Positions 26,875 to 34,352 of a DNA stretch of 62,599 nt are shown piece after piece. Numbering within the stretch: the stretch's first letter is position 1; every line of letters starts with the position of its first letter. The position numbers and the translations under genes were made by a program. Source of the DNA: Rhodocyclaceae bacterium (GTDB lineage: Bacteria > Pseudomonadota > Gammaproteobacteria > Burkholderiales > Rhodocyclaceae); NCBI GenBank assembly GCA_019750575.1, contig JAIEOJ010000004.1, forward strand, positions 1-62,599, in the 5' to 3' direction. Below the pieces are notes generated by a model. That model was given only the letters and a program-made list of their open reading frames with translations, made no database searches and was not told the DNA's origin.

Positions 26875-28866
26875 ATGGTTCCGCAACATGTCATCAAGCG
26901 CGACGGCCGGATCGTCGATTTCGATATCGGCAAGATCCATCAGGCGATTGTTGCCGCCGGTGCCGCCAGCGGCGAGTTTGATGCCCCCGCTGCTACCGAA
27001 CTGACCGAGCGGGTCACCGCGTCCTTGCGTGAGCAACCCTGTCCCGGCATCGAAACCATCCAGAACCGCGTCGAGGAAGTGCTGGTAGCTGCGGGCTACT
27101 GGGTTACGGCGCGCGCCTACATCGTCTATCGCGAACAGCATGCGCGACTGCGCTCGCTGAAGCATACGCTGGTCGATGTCGAGAGCGCCATGGGCGAGTA
27201 TCTCGACCAGCGCGACTGGCGCGTCAATGCCAACGCGAACCAGGGCTACAGCCTCGGCGGCCTGATTCTCAACGTCGCCGGCAAGGTCACCGCCAATTAC
27301 TGGCTCAGCCATGTGTATGCGCCGGAGATCGGCACCGCCCACCGCGAAGGCGATGTGCATATCCACGATCTCGACATGCTGTCCGGCTACTGCGCCGGCT
27401 GGTCGCTGCGCCAGCTGCTGACCGAAGGCTTCAACGGCATTCCGGGCAAGGTCGAGTCGGCACCACCCAAGCACATGTCGGCCGCGATCGGGCAAATCGT
27501 GAATTTCCTCGGCACGCTGCAGAACGAGTGGGCCGGCGCACAAGCGTTCAGTTCTTTTGACACTTATATGGCTGCCTTCATCCGCCGCGATCAGATGAGC
27601 TACGCCGAGGTCAAGCAGTGCATGCAGGAACTGATCTACAACCTCAACGTGCCAAGCCGCTGGGGCACGCAGACGCCCTTCACCAATCTCACCTTCGACT
27701 GGACCTGCCCGCCCGATCTGCGCGAACAGATTCCCTATATCGGCGGCGAAGAAATGCCCTTCTGCTACGGCGACCTGCAGGCCGAGATGGACATGATCAA
27801 TCGCGCCTACATCGAAGTCATGATGGCGGGCGATGCCAAGGGCCGTGCCTTTACCTTCCCGATTCCGACCTACAACATCACGCCGGACTTCCAGTGGGAG
27901 CACCCGAACACAGAGCTGCTGTTCGAGATGACGGCCAAGTACGGCCTGCCTTACTTCCAGAACTTCCTCAATTCCGATCTCGAGCCGCACATGGTGCGCT
28001 CGATGTGCTGCCGCCTGCAGCTCGACCTGCGCGAACTGCTCAAGCGCGGCAACGGTCTCTTCGGCTCGGCCGAGCAGACCGGCAGCGTCGGCGTCGTCAC
28101 CGTGAACTGCGCGCGCCTCGGCTATCTGTACAAGGGCGACGAGACCGGCCTGATCGCACGCCTCGACTACCTGATGAACCTCGGCCGCGACGCGCTCGAG
28201 GTCAAGCGCAAGCTTGTGCAGCGCTACATCGATCAGGGTCTCTATCCCTACACCAAGCGCTACCTCGGCACGCTGCGCAACCACTTCAGCACGCTGGGCG
28301 TGAACGGCATCAATGAAATGGTGCGCAACTTCAGCGATGACGCCTACGACATCACCTCGCCCGAGGGCCACGCCCTGGCGGTACGCCTGCTCGATCACGT
28401 GCGCGAACGCATGACCGAGTTCCAGAACGAGACCGGCCACCTCTACAACCTCGAAGCCACGCCGGCGGAGGGCACCACCTACCGCTTCGCGCGCGAAGAC
28501 CGCAAGCGCTGGCCCGACATCCTGCAGGCGGGCACCCGCGAGCAGCCTTACTACACCAACTCCAGCCAGCTGCCGGTCGGCTACACCGACGATCCCTTCG
28601 AGGCGCTGATGCTGCAGGAGGAGCTGCAGGGCAAATACACCGGCGGCACCGTGCTGCACCTGTACATGACCGAGGCGATCTCATCGGCGCAGTCCTGTCG
28701 CCAGCTGGTGGAGCGCGCGTTGCGCAACTTCCGCCTGCCCTACATCACGGTCACGCCGACCTTCTCGATCTGCCCCAGGCATGGCTACCTGTCCGGCCAT
28801 CACGAGTTCTGCCCCAAGTGCGACAGCGAAGTGCTGGCGAAGAAGGCGGCAGCGTGTTGCAACTGA
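26875..28866 (+). CDS. nrdD: Anaerobic (class III) ribonucleoside-triphosphate reductase, large polypeptide lacking the glycyl-radical C-terminus
   Basis: 663 aa with an N-terminal ATP-cone (VIKRDGRIVDFDIGKI) and the class III core. It ends just after the Zn-ribbon-like ICPRHG...FCPKCD. No RVxGY motif occurs in this frame. Confidence 0.85.
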   Translation: MVPQHVIKRDGRIVDFDIGKIHQAIVAAGAASGEFDAPAATELTERVTASLREQPCPGIETIQNRVEEVLVAAGYWVTARAYIVYREQHARLRSLKHTLVDVESAMGEYLDQRDWRVNANANQGYSLGGLILNVAGKVTANYWLSHVYAPEIGTAHREGDVHIHDLDMLSGYCAGWSLRQLLTEGFNGIPGKVESAPPKHMSAAIGQIVNFLGTLQNEWAGAQAFSSFDTYMAAFIRRDQMSYAEVKQCMQELIYNLNVPSRWGTQTPFTNLTFDWTCPPDLREQIPYIGGEEMPFCYGDLQAEMDMINRAYIEVMMAGDAKGRAFTFPIPTYNITPDFQWEHPNTELLFEMTAKYGLPYFQNFLNSDLEPHMVRSMCCRLQLDLRELLKRGNGLFGSAEQTGSVGVVTVNCARLGYLYKGDETGLIARLDYLMNLGRDALEVKRKLVQRYIDQGLYPYTKRYLGTLRNHFSTLGVNGINEMVRNFSDDAYDITSPEGHALAVRLLDHVRERMTEFQNETGHLYNLEATPAEGTTYRFAREDRKRWPDILQAGTREQPYYTNSSQLPVGYTDDPFEALMLQEELQGKYTGGTVLHLYMTEAISSAQSCRQLVERALRNFRLPYITVTPTFSICPRHGYLSGHHEFCPKCDSEVLAKKAAACCN

Positions 28867-28889
28867 GTTTTTCAACCAAGGAGATCATC

Positions 28890-29072
28890 ATGCAGACACT
28901 GGAAAGACAGACCGACACCACCGCCCGTCCGCAACTCGACGACAGCGAGCGTACGCGTTGCGAGATATGGACGCGCGTCATGGGCTATCACCGCCCGGTC
29001 AGTTCCTTCAACACCGGCAAGCAGGGTGAGTTCAACGAGCGGCGCTTCTTCGTCGAATCGCAAAATGCCTGA
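28890..29072 (+). CDS. 60-aa protein carrying the NrdD glycyl-radical motif (separate ORF)
   Basis: AAGGAG lies 6 nt upstream of the ATG. The product contains CEIWTRVMGYHRPVSSFNTGKQGEFNERRFF (RVxGY glycyl-radical signature). Its stop overlaps the nrdG start (ATGCCTGA). Confidence 0.65.
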   Translation: MQTLERQTDTTARPQLDDSERTRCEIWTRVMGYHRPVSSFNTGKQGEFNERRFFVESQNA

Positions 29073-29742
29073 GACCGCGGTACCAGCGCCCTGTATCGGC
29101 GGGCTGGTACCGTTTTCCACGGTCGACTGGCCGGGCCGGCTCGCCGCGGTAGTGTTCGTGTCCGGCTGCCCCTGGCGTTGCCACTACTGCCATAACCCGC
29201 TACTGCAGGAACGCCGGCACGTGATCGAGTGGGAGCAGGTGCATGGCCTGCTGGCACGCCGGCGCGGCCTGCTTGACGGCGTCGTATTCTCCGGCGGCGA
29301 GCCGTGCAGCGATGCCTCGCTACCGTGGATGGTGGATGCCGTTCGTGCGCTCGGCTTCAAGGTCGGCCTGCATACCGCCGGAATCTATCCGCGCCAGTTG
29401 CAGGGCTTGCTCGATCGTCTCGACTGGGTGGGGCTGGACATCAAGTCGCTGCCGGCCGGTTATGCCGCACTGACCGGACGTCGTTACAGCTCTGCGCCGG
29501 TATGGACCAGCCTCGAGCTGCTGCTCAACTGGGGCGGCGAATTCGAGTGCCGCACCACCTGGAGTCCGGACTGGCTGAGTGAATCCGGACTCATTGATCT
29601 GGCGCAAGAACTGGCCTGGCGCGGGGTGCAGAATTATGCCGTGCAAGGGTATCGCGAGGGCGCCGTTGCGGTGACCGACATGCCCGGCACGGCGACGCAG
29701 GAAAGGCTGCGCCGCCTGTTCCCCACCTGGCAATGGCGGTGA
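29065..29742 (+). CDS. nrdG: Anaerobic ribonucleotide reductase activating radical-SAM enzyme
   Basis: Start at MPETAV... It has the CPWRCHYCHN (CxxxCxxC) motif and GGEP. It lies directly downstream of nrdD and the small ORF. Confidence 0.85.
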   Translation: MPETAVPAPCIGGLVPFSTVDWPGRLAAVVFVSGCPWRCHYCHNPLLQERRHVIEWEQVHGLLARRRGLLDGVVFSGGEPCSDASLPWMVDAVRALGFKVGLHTAGIYPRQLQGLLDRLDWVGLDIKSLPAGYAALTGRRYSSAPVWTSLELLLNWGGEFECRTTWSPDWLSESGLIDLAQELAWRGVQNYAVQGYREGAVAVTDMPGTATQERLRRLFPTWQWR

Positions 29743-29746
29743 AAAC

Positions 29747-30442
29747 ATGCGGTCCAAAACCGATCTCGGTGCACTGCTTCTGCACCAACCCCTGTTTCGC
29801 AATCTCGACGCCGACCAGCTTGCGCTGATGACGGCGGCCTGTCATCAGGTCAATGTCGGGAAACACAAGTTCGTCTTCCATCGCGGCGATCCGGCCAATG
29901 GCCTCTACGTGGTCGCGGTCGGGCATATCAAGCTGGCGGTGCCGGCGGCCAATGGCCAGGAAAAGGTGATCGAGTTCGTCGCGCCCGGCGAAGCCTTCGG
30001 CGAGGCCTTCATGTTCCTCGACAAGCCCTACATGGTCGAGGCGCAGGCGCTGGAAGATTCTCTGCTGATCTGGATCGACAAGCGCGACATCGACGCCGCC
30101 ATCGACTGCGATCCGTCATTTGCCAAGCGCATGCTGGCCGGCCTGTCGGTGCGCCTGCATACCCTGGTCCAGGACATCGAAACGGTCAACCTGCAGAACG
30201 CCACCCAGCGCGTCGTCATGTACCTGCTGAGCCAGCCGCGCGAAGAGGGCGGCATGCGCTTCCCCTTCAACAAGAGCATCATTGCCTCCAAGCTGGGACT
30301 CACCCCGGAAACTCTCTCGCGCCTGCTGCACCAGCTCACCGATGCTGGCCTGATCTCGGTCGACGGCAAGCGCGTGCACATCCCCGATGCCGCTGCGCTG
30401 GAGCAGTGCATCTACGAGGATGGCGTGCTGCGAATTGCTTGA
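29747..30442 (+). CDS. Crp/Fnr-family regulator of the Dnr/Nnr type (no N-terminal Cys cluster)
   Basis: 231 aa with a cNMP-binding-like fold and a C-terminal HTH carrying the E--SR recognition motif (LGLTPETLSRLLHQL). It lacks the FNR Fe-S cysteines. Confidence 0.8.
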   Translation: MRSKTDLGALLLHQPLFRNLDADQLALMTAACHQVNVGKHKFVFHRGDPANGLYVVAVGHIKLAVPAANGQEKVIEFVAPGEAFGEAFMFLDKPYMVEAQALEDSLLIWIDKRDIDAAIDCDPSFAKRMLAGLSVRLHTLVQDIETVNLQNATQRVVMYLLSQPREEGGMRFPFNKSIIASKLGLTPETLSRLLHQLTDAGLISVDGKRVHIPDAAALEQCIYEDGVLRIA

Positions 30443-30509
30443 CTGCGCTCAAGGAAGGCGCACAGCGACAAGCCTAGGATGGGCAGGTATTCCGTACAGG
30501 AGACCCATC

Positions 30510-30845
30510 ATGCAGGCAATCCCGCAATCCCATTATTTCGATGCGCGCGGCGTGGCCAAGCGCTTCCGCCATGCCGCCATCTTCGGTGCCCTGGAAGCCC
30601 TGGGCGATGGCGAAACCATGCGCTTCATCAATGACCACGACCCGCGGCCACTGCTTGAGCAGATCATCCAGCGCTATCAGGGTCAGGTACGCATCAACTA
30701 CCAGCAACGCAATCCTGAAGCGGTCATCATCGATTTCACCATCGACGTCGATGCGCGCGGCACGCCGGTCGAACTGCCGCAGGCTGCCATGGCCGGCGGT
30801 GGGTGCGGCGGTGCCGGCAGTGGCTGCGGCTGCAGCGGCGGTTGA
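30510..30845 (+). CDS. DUF2249-domain protein with a Gly/Cys-rich C-terminal tail
   Basis: Trimmed to the ATG at 30510 (CAGGAG RBS). It has RHAAIFGALEALGDGETMRFINDHDPRPLLEQ, typical of DUF2249, and the tail AMAGGGCGGAGSGCGCSGG. Confidence 0.6.
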   Translation: MQAIPQSHYFDARGVAKRFRHAAIFGALEALGDGETMRFINDHDPRPLLEQIIQRYQGQVRINYQQRNPEAVIIDFTIDVDARGTPVELPQAAMAGGGCGGAGSGCGCSGG

Positions 30846-31027
30846 AGCAAGTTTGCTTGCGGGCTTGGTCGATTGGCTAGTTGCTTTGTCAGAGGGGACG
30901 GGAAGAGGGGCAGGCAGCAACGCTGCCTTGCATCCCATCTGAGCCGCTGAGAGGTAAGTGATTGTGGCAGGGCTGACCGCCCGGATTTCCGTATCATGCA
31001 GCGTGTTTCGTTCTGACAGGCCCTGCC

Positions 31028-31399
31028 GTGGATTACCTTGCCCTGCGCCACCTTCACATTGCCCTCGCGCTTGCCAGTCTGCTGATGTTTTGCGGCCGCG
31101 GCGTGCTGCTCCTGTGCGGTCGTGCCATCCCGCGCCCGCTGCGCTGGCTGCCGCATGTGAATGACACCCTGCTGCTGGCGGCGGCGATCACGCTGGTGGT
31201 ATGGAGCGGGCAGTATCCGCTGCAGCAGGGCTGGCTGACGGCCAAGGTCTGTGCCCTGCTTGCCTATATCCTGCTCGGCAAGCAGGCGCTGCGCCGCGAT
31301 CTGTCGCGCGTGCAACGGCTGCCCTGGCTGGCCGCTGCGCTGAGCGCGATTGCCTACATCTTTGCCGTGGCGATGACGCGCAATCCGTGGCCGTTCTGA
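31028..31399 (+). CDS. SirB2-like small integral membrane protein
   Basis: 123 aa with four TM segments and a GTG start. Family assigned from memory. Confidence 0.45.
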   Translation: MDYLALRHLHIALALASLLMFCGRGVLLLCGRAIPRPLRWLPHVNDTLLLAAAITLVVWSGQYPLQQGWLTAKVCALLAYILLGKQALRRDLSRVQRLPWLAAALSAIAYIFAVAMTRNPWPF

Positions 31400-31483
31400 A
31401 GTCGCGCGCATGTTGTCGGGACTGCTTACTTGGCGGATACTGCGGAATAGATGCAAAAATCAGGCATCTTTGAAGAGGGACGT

Positions 31484-31813
31484 ATGAGCGAGCAACAAAG
31501 CCTGGCAGCAGTCGATGTGGAAGGCGTGCGCGATGCATTGCGCAGCGTGATCGATCCCGAGATCGGCATGAACATCGTGGATGTCGGCCTGATCTACCGC
31601 ATTGTGGTCGAGGGCAATGTCGTGGCGGTCGACCTGACCATGACTTCGCCGGCCTGCCCCATGGGCGACATGATCATCGAGGATGTGGCGGCGGTGCTGG
31701 CGCGCTGCCTGCCGCCGGGCTACACGCCGGATCTGCAACTGGTGTGGGAGCCACCCTGGTCGCCGGCATTGATGAGCGAAGCTGCGCGCAAGCATTTCGG
31801 CTGGGACGAGTGA
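31484..31813 (+). CDS. DUF59 (MIP18/SufT-like) metal-sulfur cluster assembly factor
   Basis: Start MSEQQS with a GAAGAGGGA RBS. It has DPEIGMNIVDVGLIY...LTMTSPACPMGD, typical of DUF59. Confidence 0.75.
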   Translation: MSEQQSLAAVDVEGVRDALRSVIDPEIGMNIVDVGLIYRIVVEGNVVAVDLTMTSPACPMGDMIIEDVAAVLARCLPPGYTPDLQLVWEPPWSPALMSEAARKHFGWDE

Positions 31814-31823
31814 GCGGGCGCGG

Positions 31824-32876
31824 ATGAACCAGCGTCTGCGTCTGCTGTTGTTTGTCGCCGCGCTGTGTGCCTTGGCCAGCGGCCTGCTGGCAGGACTGGC
31901 GCGCCTGGGTTTTGATCTGCCGGCGGCAACGCTGGCGGGGCAGCACGGACCGCTGATGATCTGCGGCCTGTTCGGCACCCTGATCAGCCTGGAACGCGCC
32001 GTGGCCATGGGCCAGTCCTGGCCTTACTGTGCGCCGGGCTTTTCTGCCGTGGGCGTCATTGCACTGCTGGCCGGCCTGCCGACCGACATCGTCGCGCTTC
32101 CCTTCATTGCCGCCGCCGGCGTGCTCAGTCTTGCCAGCCTTGTCTTGTGCCAGCGCCAGCCCGTGCTGCATCTGGCCACGCTGGCGCTGGCGGCGCTGAT
32201 GTGGCTGCTCGGCAACCTGCTCTGGTTGAAGGCCGGAGCGCCGGCAGCGGTGTCCGCGTGGCTGGCCTTTCTGGTGCTGACGATTGCGGGCGAGCGGCTG
32301 GAGTTGTCGCGCTTTCTGCCCACGCCGGCATCGGCGCACCGGATGTTTGCCGTGCTGGCCGTGCTGCTCGCCATTGGCGCCATGATCAGCACGCCATTGT
32401 TTGCACTGGCCCTGATGGCGCTGGTGGCCTGGCTGCTGCGCCATGACATCGTGCGTCGCACCCTGCGGCAGGAGGGGCTGCCACGCTATATCGCGGTCTG
32501 TCTCGCCAGCGGCTATGCATGGCTGTTGGTCAGCGCGCTGCTGATGCTGTGCGGCGCGTTCAGGCCCGAACTGCCGCTGCGCGATGCCAGCCTGCATGCA
32601 CTGCTGCTGGGCTTTGTCTTCTCCATGGTATTCGGGCATGCGCCCATCGTGCTGCCCGCGGTGGCGCGCCTGCGTCTGCCCTATCACCCCGTACTCTATC
32701 TGCCGCTGGTGCTGCTGCAACTGAGTCTGGCCGTACGCCTGCTGGCCGGCGTGCTGGATGACTTTTCCCTGCGCCAGCAGGCGGGACTCGTCAATGCCGG
32801 CGCACTGGCAGTGTTTGCACTGACGGTAGTCAGCCTGCTGCTGCGCGCCAGCCGCCAGCGCAAGACGTCGCGCTGA
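31824..32876 (+). CDS. Polytopic membrane protein of unknown function (about 10 TM; distant NnrS-like His-containing helices)
   Basis: 350 aa with conserved-looking GQHGPLMICGLFGTLISLERA and HALLLGFVFSMVFGHAPIVLPAV. It starts 10 nt after the DUF59 stop. Confidence 0.6.
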   Translation: MNQRLRLLLFVAALCALASGLLAGLARLGFDLPAATLAGQHGPLMICGLFGTLISLERAVAMGQSWPYCAPGFSAVGVIALLAGLPTDIVALPFIAAAGVLSLASLVLCQRQPVLHLATLALAALMWLLGNLLWLKAGAPAAVSAWLAFLVLTIAGERLELSRFLPTPASAHRMFAVLAVLLAIGAMISTPLFALALMALVAWLLRHDIVRRTLRQEGLPRYIAVCLASGYAWLLVSALLMLCGAFRPELPLRDASLHALLLGFVFSMVFGHAPIVLPAVARLRLPYHPVLYLPLVLLQLSLAVRLLAGVLDDFSLRQQAGLVNAGALAVFALTVVSLLLRASRQRKTSR

Positions 32877-32922
32877 TCGTCCATGCGCTGATCGTCCGTG
32901 CGTCCGCCCGTGCAATGAAAAA

Positions 32923-32940
32923 GGCCCGCAGAGGCGGGCC
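32923..32940. terminator. Hairpin GGCCCGC-AGAG-GCGGGCC between convergent genes
   Basis: A-run on the left and GTTTG on the right. It sits between the 31824..32876 (+) and 32960..33493 (-) genes. Confidence 0.55.
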
Positions 32941-32959
32941 GTTTGCGTAGCGGCAGATT

Positions 32960-33493
32960 TCAGAGTCCGCCCAGATCCTCGATGGCATCCACCACCATGC
33001 TGGTACCAATTGCGATCAGCAGGATGTCGGAGGCAACGCGCACATACTTGTGGCCGGCCGGCGGGGGCCCGAGGCGCGTGACCAGTGCGCCGGGCACCGC
33101 ATGGTAGGTGAGGTCGTGAGGCAGGCGTGCGCCCAGCCGCCATTGCTTGGCCTGGCCGGGCGGCATACAGCCGTTGTTCTTCTTCGCCAGTCCGCGCGGA
33201 CAGTGGCCGGCCCTGAATTGCGCACCGTAGTAGTCGTGTACGACGCTGCGCTGGGTGCCACCGAAATAGGCACCGATGCTGATGTTCACATCGCTACCGC
33301 CATGCCGGCCGCCATGGCCGTCATCGTTGCCACCATGCTTTTTACCGCCCTTGTGGCCCTTGCCGTGATCGTCATGGCCTGCCTTGTCATGCTTGCCGCC
33401 GCCGGCCCAGTCGGGTTTGTCGGCGAAGGCCGGGGCCGTGGCGAGGCTGAGGGAGAGTGCCAGCAGCAGGGGGGATGCAAGTCGCAGTTTCAT
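32960..33493 (-). CDS. RcnB/CigR-family periplasmic protein with a His/Gly/Lys-rich N-terminal region
   Basis: Signal peptide MKLRLASPLLLALSLSLATAPAFA, then KHDKAGHDDHGKGHKGGKKHGGNDDGHGGRHGG. The C-terminal ...GLAKKNNGCMPPGQAKQW..G.RLP....YVRVASDILLIAIGTSMVVDAI resembles the RcnB/CigR domain. Confidence 0.6.
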   Translation of the reverse strand: MKLRLASPLLLALSLSLATAPAFADKPDWAGGGKHDKAGHDDHGKGHKGGKKHGGNDDGHGGRHGGSDVNISIGAYFGGTQRSVVHDYYGAQFRAGHCPRGLAKKNNGCMPPGQAKQWRLGARLPHDLTYHAVPGALVTRLGPPPAGHKYVRVASDILLIAIGTSMVVDAIEDLGGL

Positions 33494-33700
33494 GGCTGAC
33501 TCCTTGTTGTTGTGATGCCGCCTACTTTACCTGCAGCGGGCAGGCGATGCCGCTTCAGCGGGGCCGATTTTGTGTCATTTTGTGATGCACATTTTCCGGA
33601 ATCAAGCATGCTTACTGCGGGCGTGCGCAGGTATTGCAGACAAGTCTTGTATTCCGGCCGAAGCGGGATACAGTAGCGTCTTTGCTACCTGGAGTACCCC

Positions 33701-33952
33701 ATGAGAAAACTCACCGTCCTGATTCGCGCCGAACTCGAAATTCCTGATGAATGGGAGTTCGTCGAGCATCCCTCGGGCATACAGGTGCTCAAGGTCGGCG
33801 ACAGTTTTGTCGACTTCGATATTGCGCCCTTGAGCACCACTTCCGACAGCCCGGATGCGACCTGGTCCGACAATGATGTCGAGCTGGTCGAGGATGTGCT
33901 GGCCTGTGTCAGCGGTCTCGATACCGACCTCGAGATCAGTTATCAGCAGTAA
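33701..33952 (+). CDS. Small acidic hypothetical protein
   Basis: 83 aa with GGAG 8 nt upstream of the ATG. No recognisable motif. Confidence 0.5.
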   Translation: MRKLTVLIRAELEIPDEWEFVEHPSGIQVLKVGDSFVDFDIAPLSTTSDSPDATWSDNDVELVEDVLACVSGLDTDLEISYQQ

Positions 33953-33956
33953 GGCA

Positions 33957-34196
33957 TCAGCCGCGCTGCCGTAGCAGCGCGTCGAGCCGGTCCACGACCG
34001 GCGCCCAGTCGGCATCGTCGCGCAGCGCCTCGCACAGGAACTGCGCCTGCTGCGGCGACCAGAATGGCGCCGCAGCCAACCGGATGTCATCTGCCAGACC
34101 GGCGTGTTGCGCGATGAAGGCATCGATCGCCTCACGCTCCGTGGCCAGGCCCAACTGCGCGAAAAGTTCGGACAAAGGGTGAATCGGGTCTTCCAT
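33957..34196 (-). CDS. DUF2789-family protein
   Basis: Trimmed to the ATG at 34196. The sequence MEDPIHPLSELFAQLGLATEREAIDAFIAQHAGL...FWSPQQAQFLCEAL..DADWAPVVDRLDALL matches my memory of the family pattern. Confidence 0.6.
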   Translation of the reverse strand: MEDPIHPLSELFAQLGLATEREAIDAFIAQHAGLADDIRLAAAPFWSPQQAQFLCEALRDDADWAPVVDRLDALLRQRG

Positions 34197-34352
34197 GAGC
34201 TGCTCCTTGTGCCGTTCAGCATAGCCCAAGTCCCCGACCTTGGTGCCCGGGCTTGCGGCAGCTCAATTGCCAGCGGCATGAAACGCGTTAAGCTCATGCC
34301 GCAATGAACTCATCTCGGGTGGCCGCGCCACCCACTGTCATCAGGGAGACGC

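Noticed and set aside
26836-28659. 607-aa ORF on the minus strand
   Set aside because: It is antisense to nrdD, has low-complexity composition, and shows no recognisable domain.
32866-32900. Short tandem duplication GCGCTGATCGTCC(A/G)T x2 at and just after the stop of the 10-TM membrane gene
   Set aside because: There are only two copies of 13-15 nt. This is most simply a small replication-slippage duplication with no evident function.
31674-33143. 489-aa minus-strand ORF rich in Arg/Gln/His/Gly
   Set aside because: It overlaps the DUF59 gene, the 10-TM membrane gene and the RcnB-like gene region in antisense or alternative frames. It has no start context and no motifs.
33602-34297. 231-aa minus-strand ORF
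   Set aside because: It overlaps two better-supported small genes: the 83-aa gene with an RBS on the plus strand, and the DUF2789 gene in another minus-strand frame.
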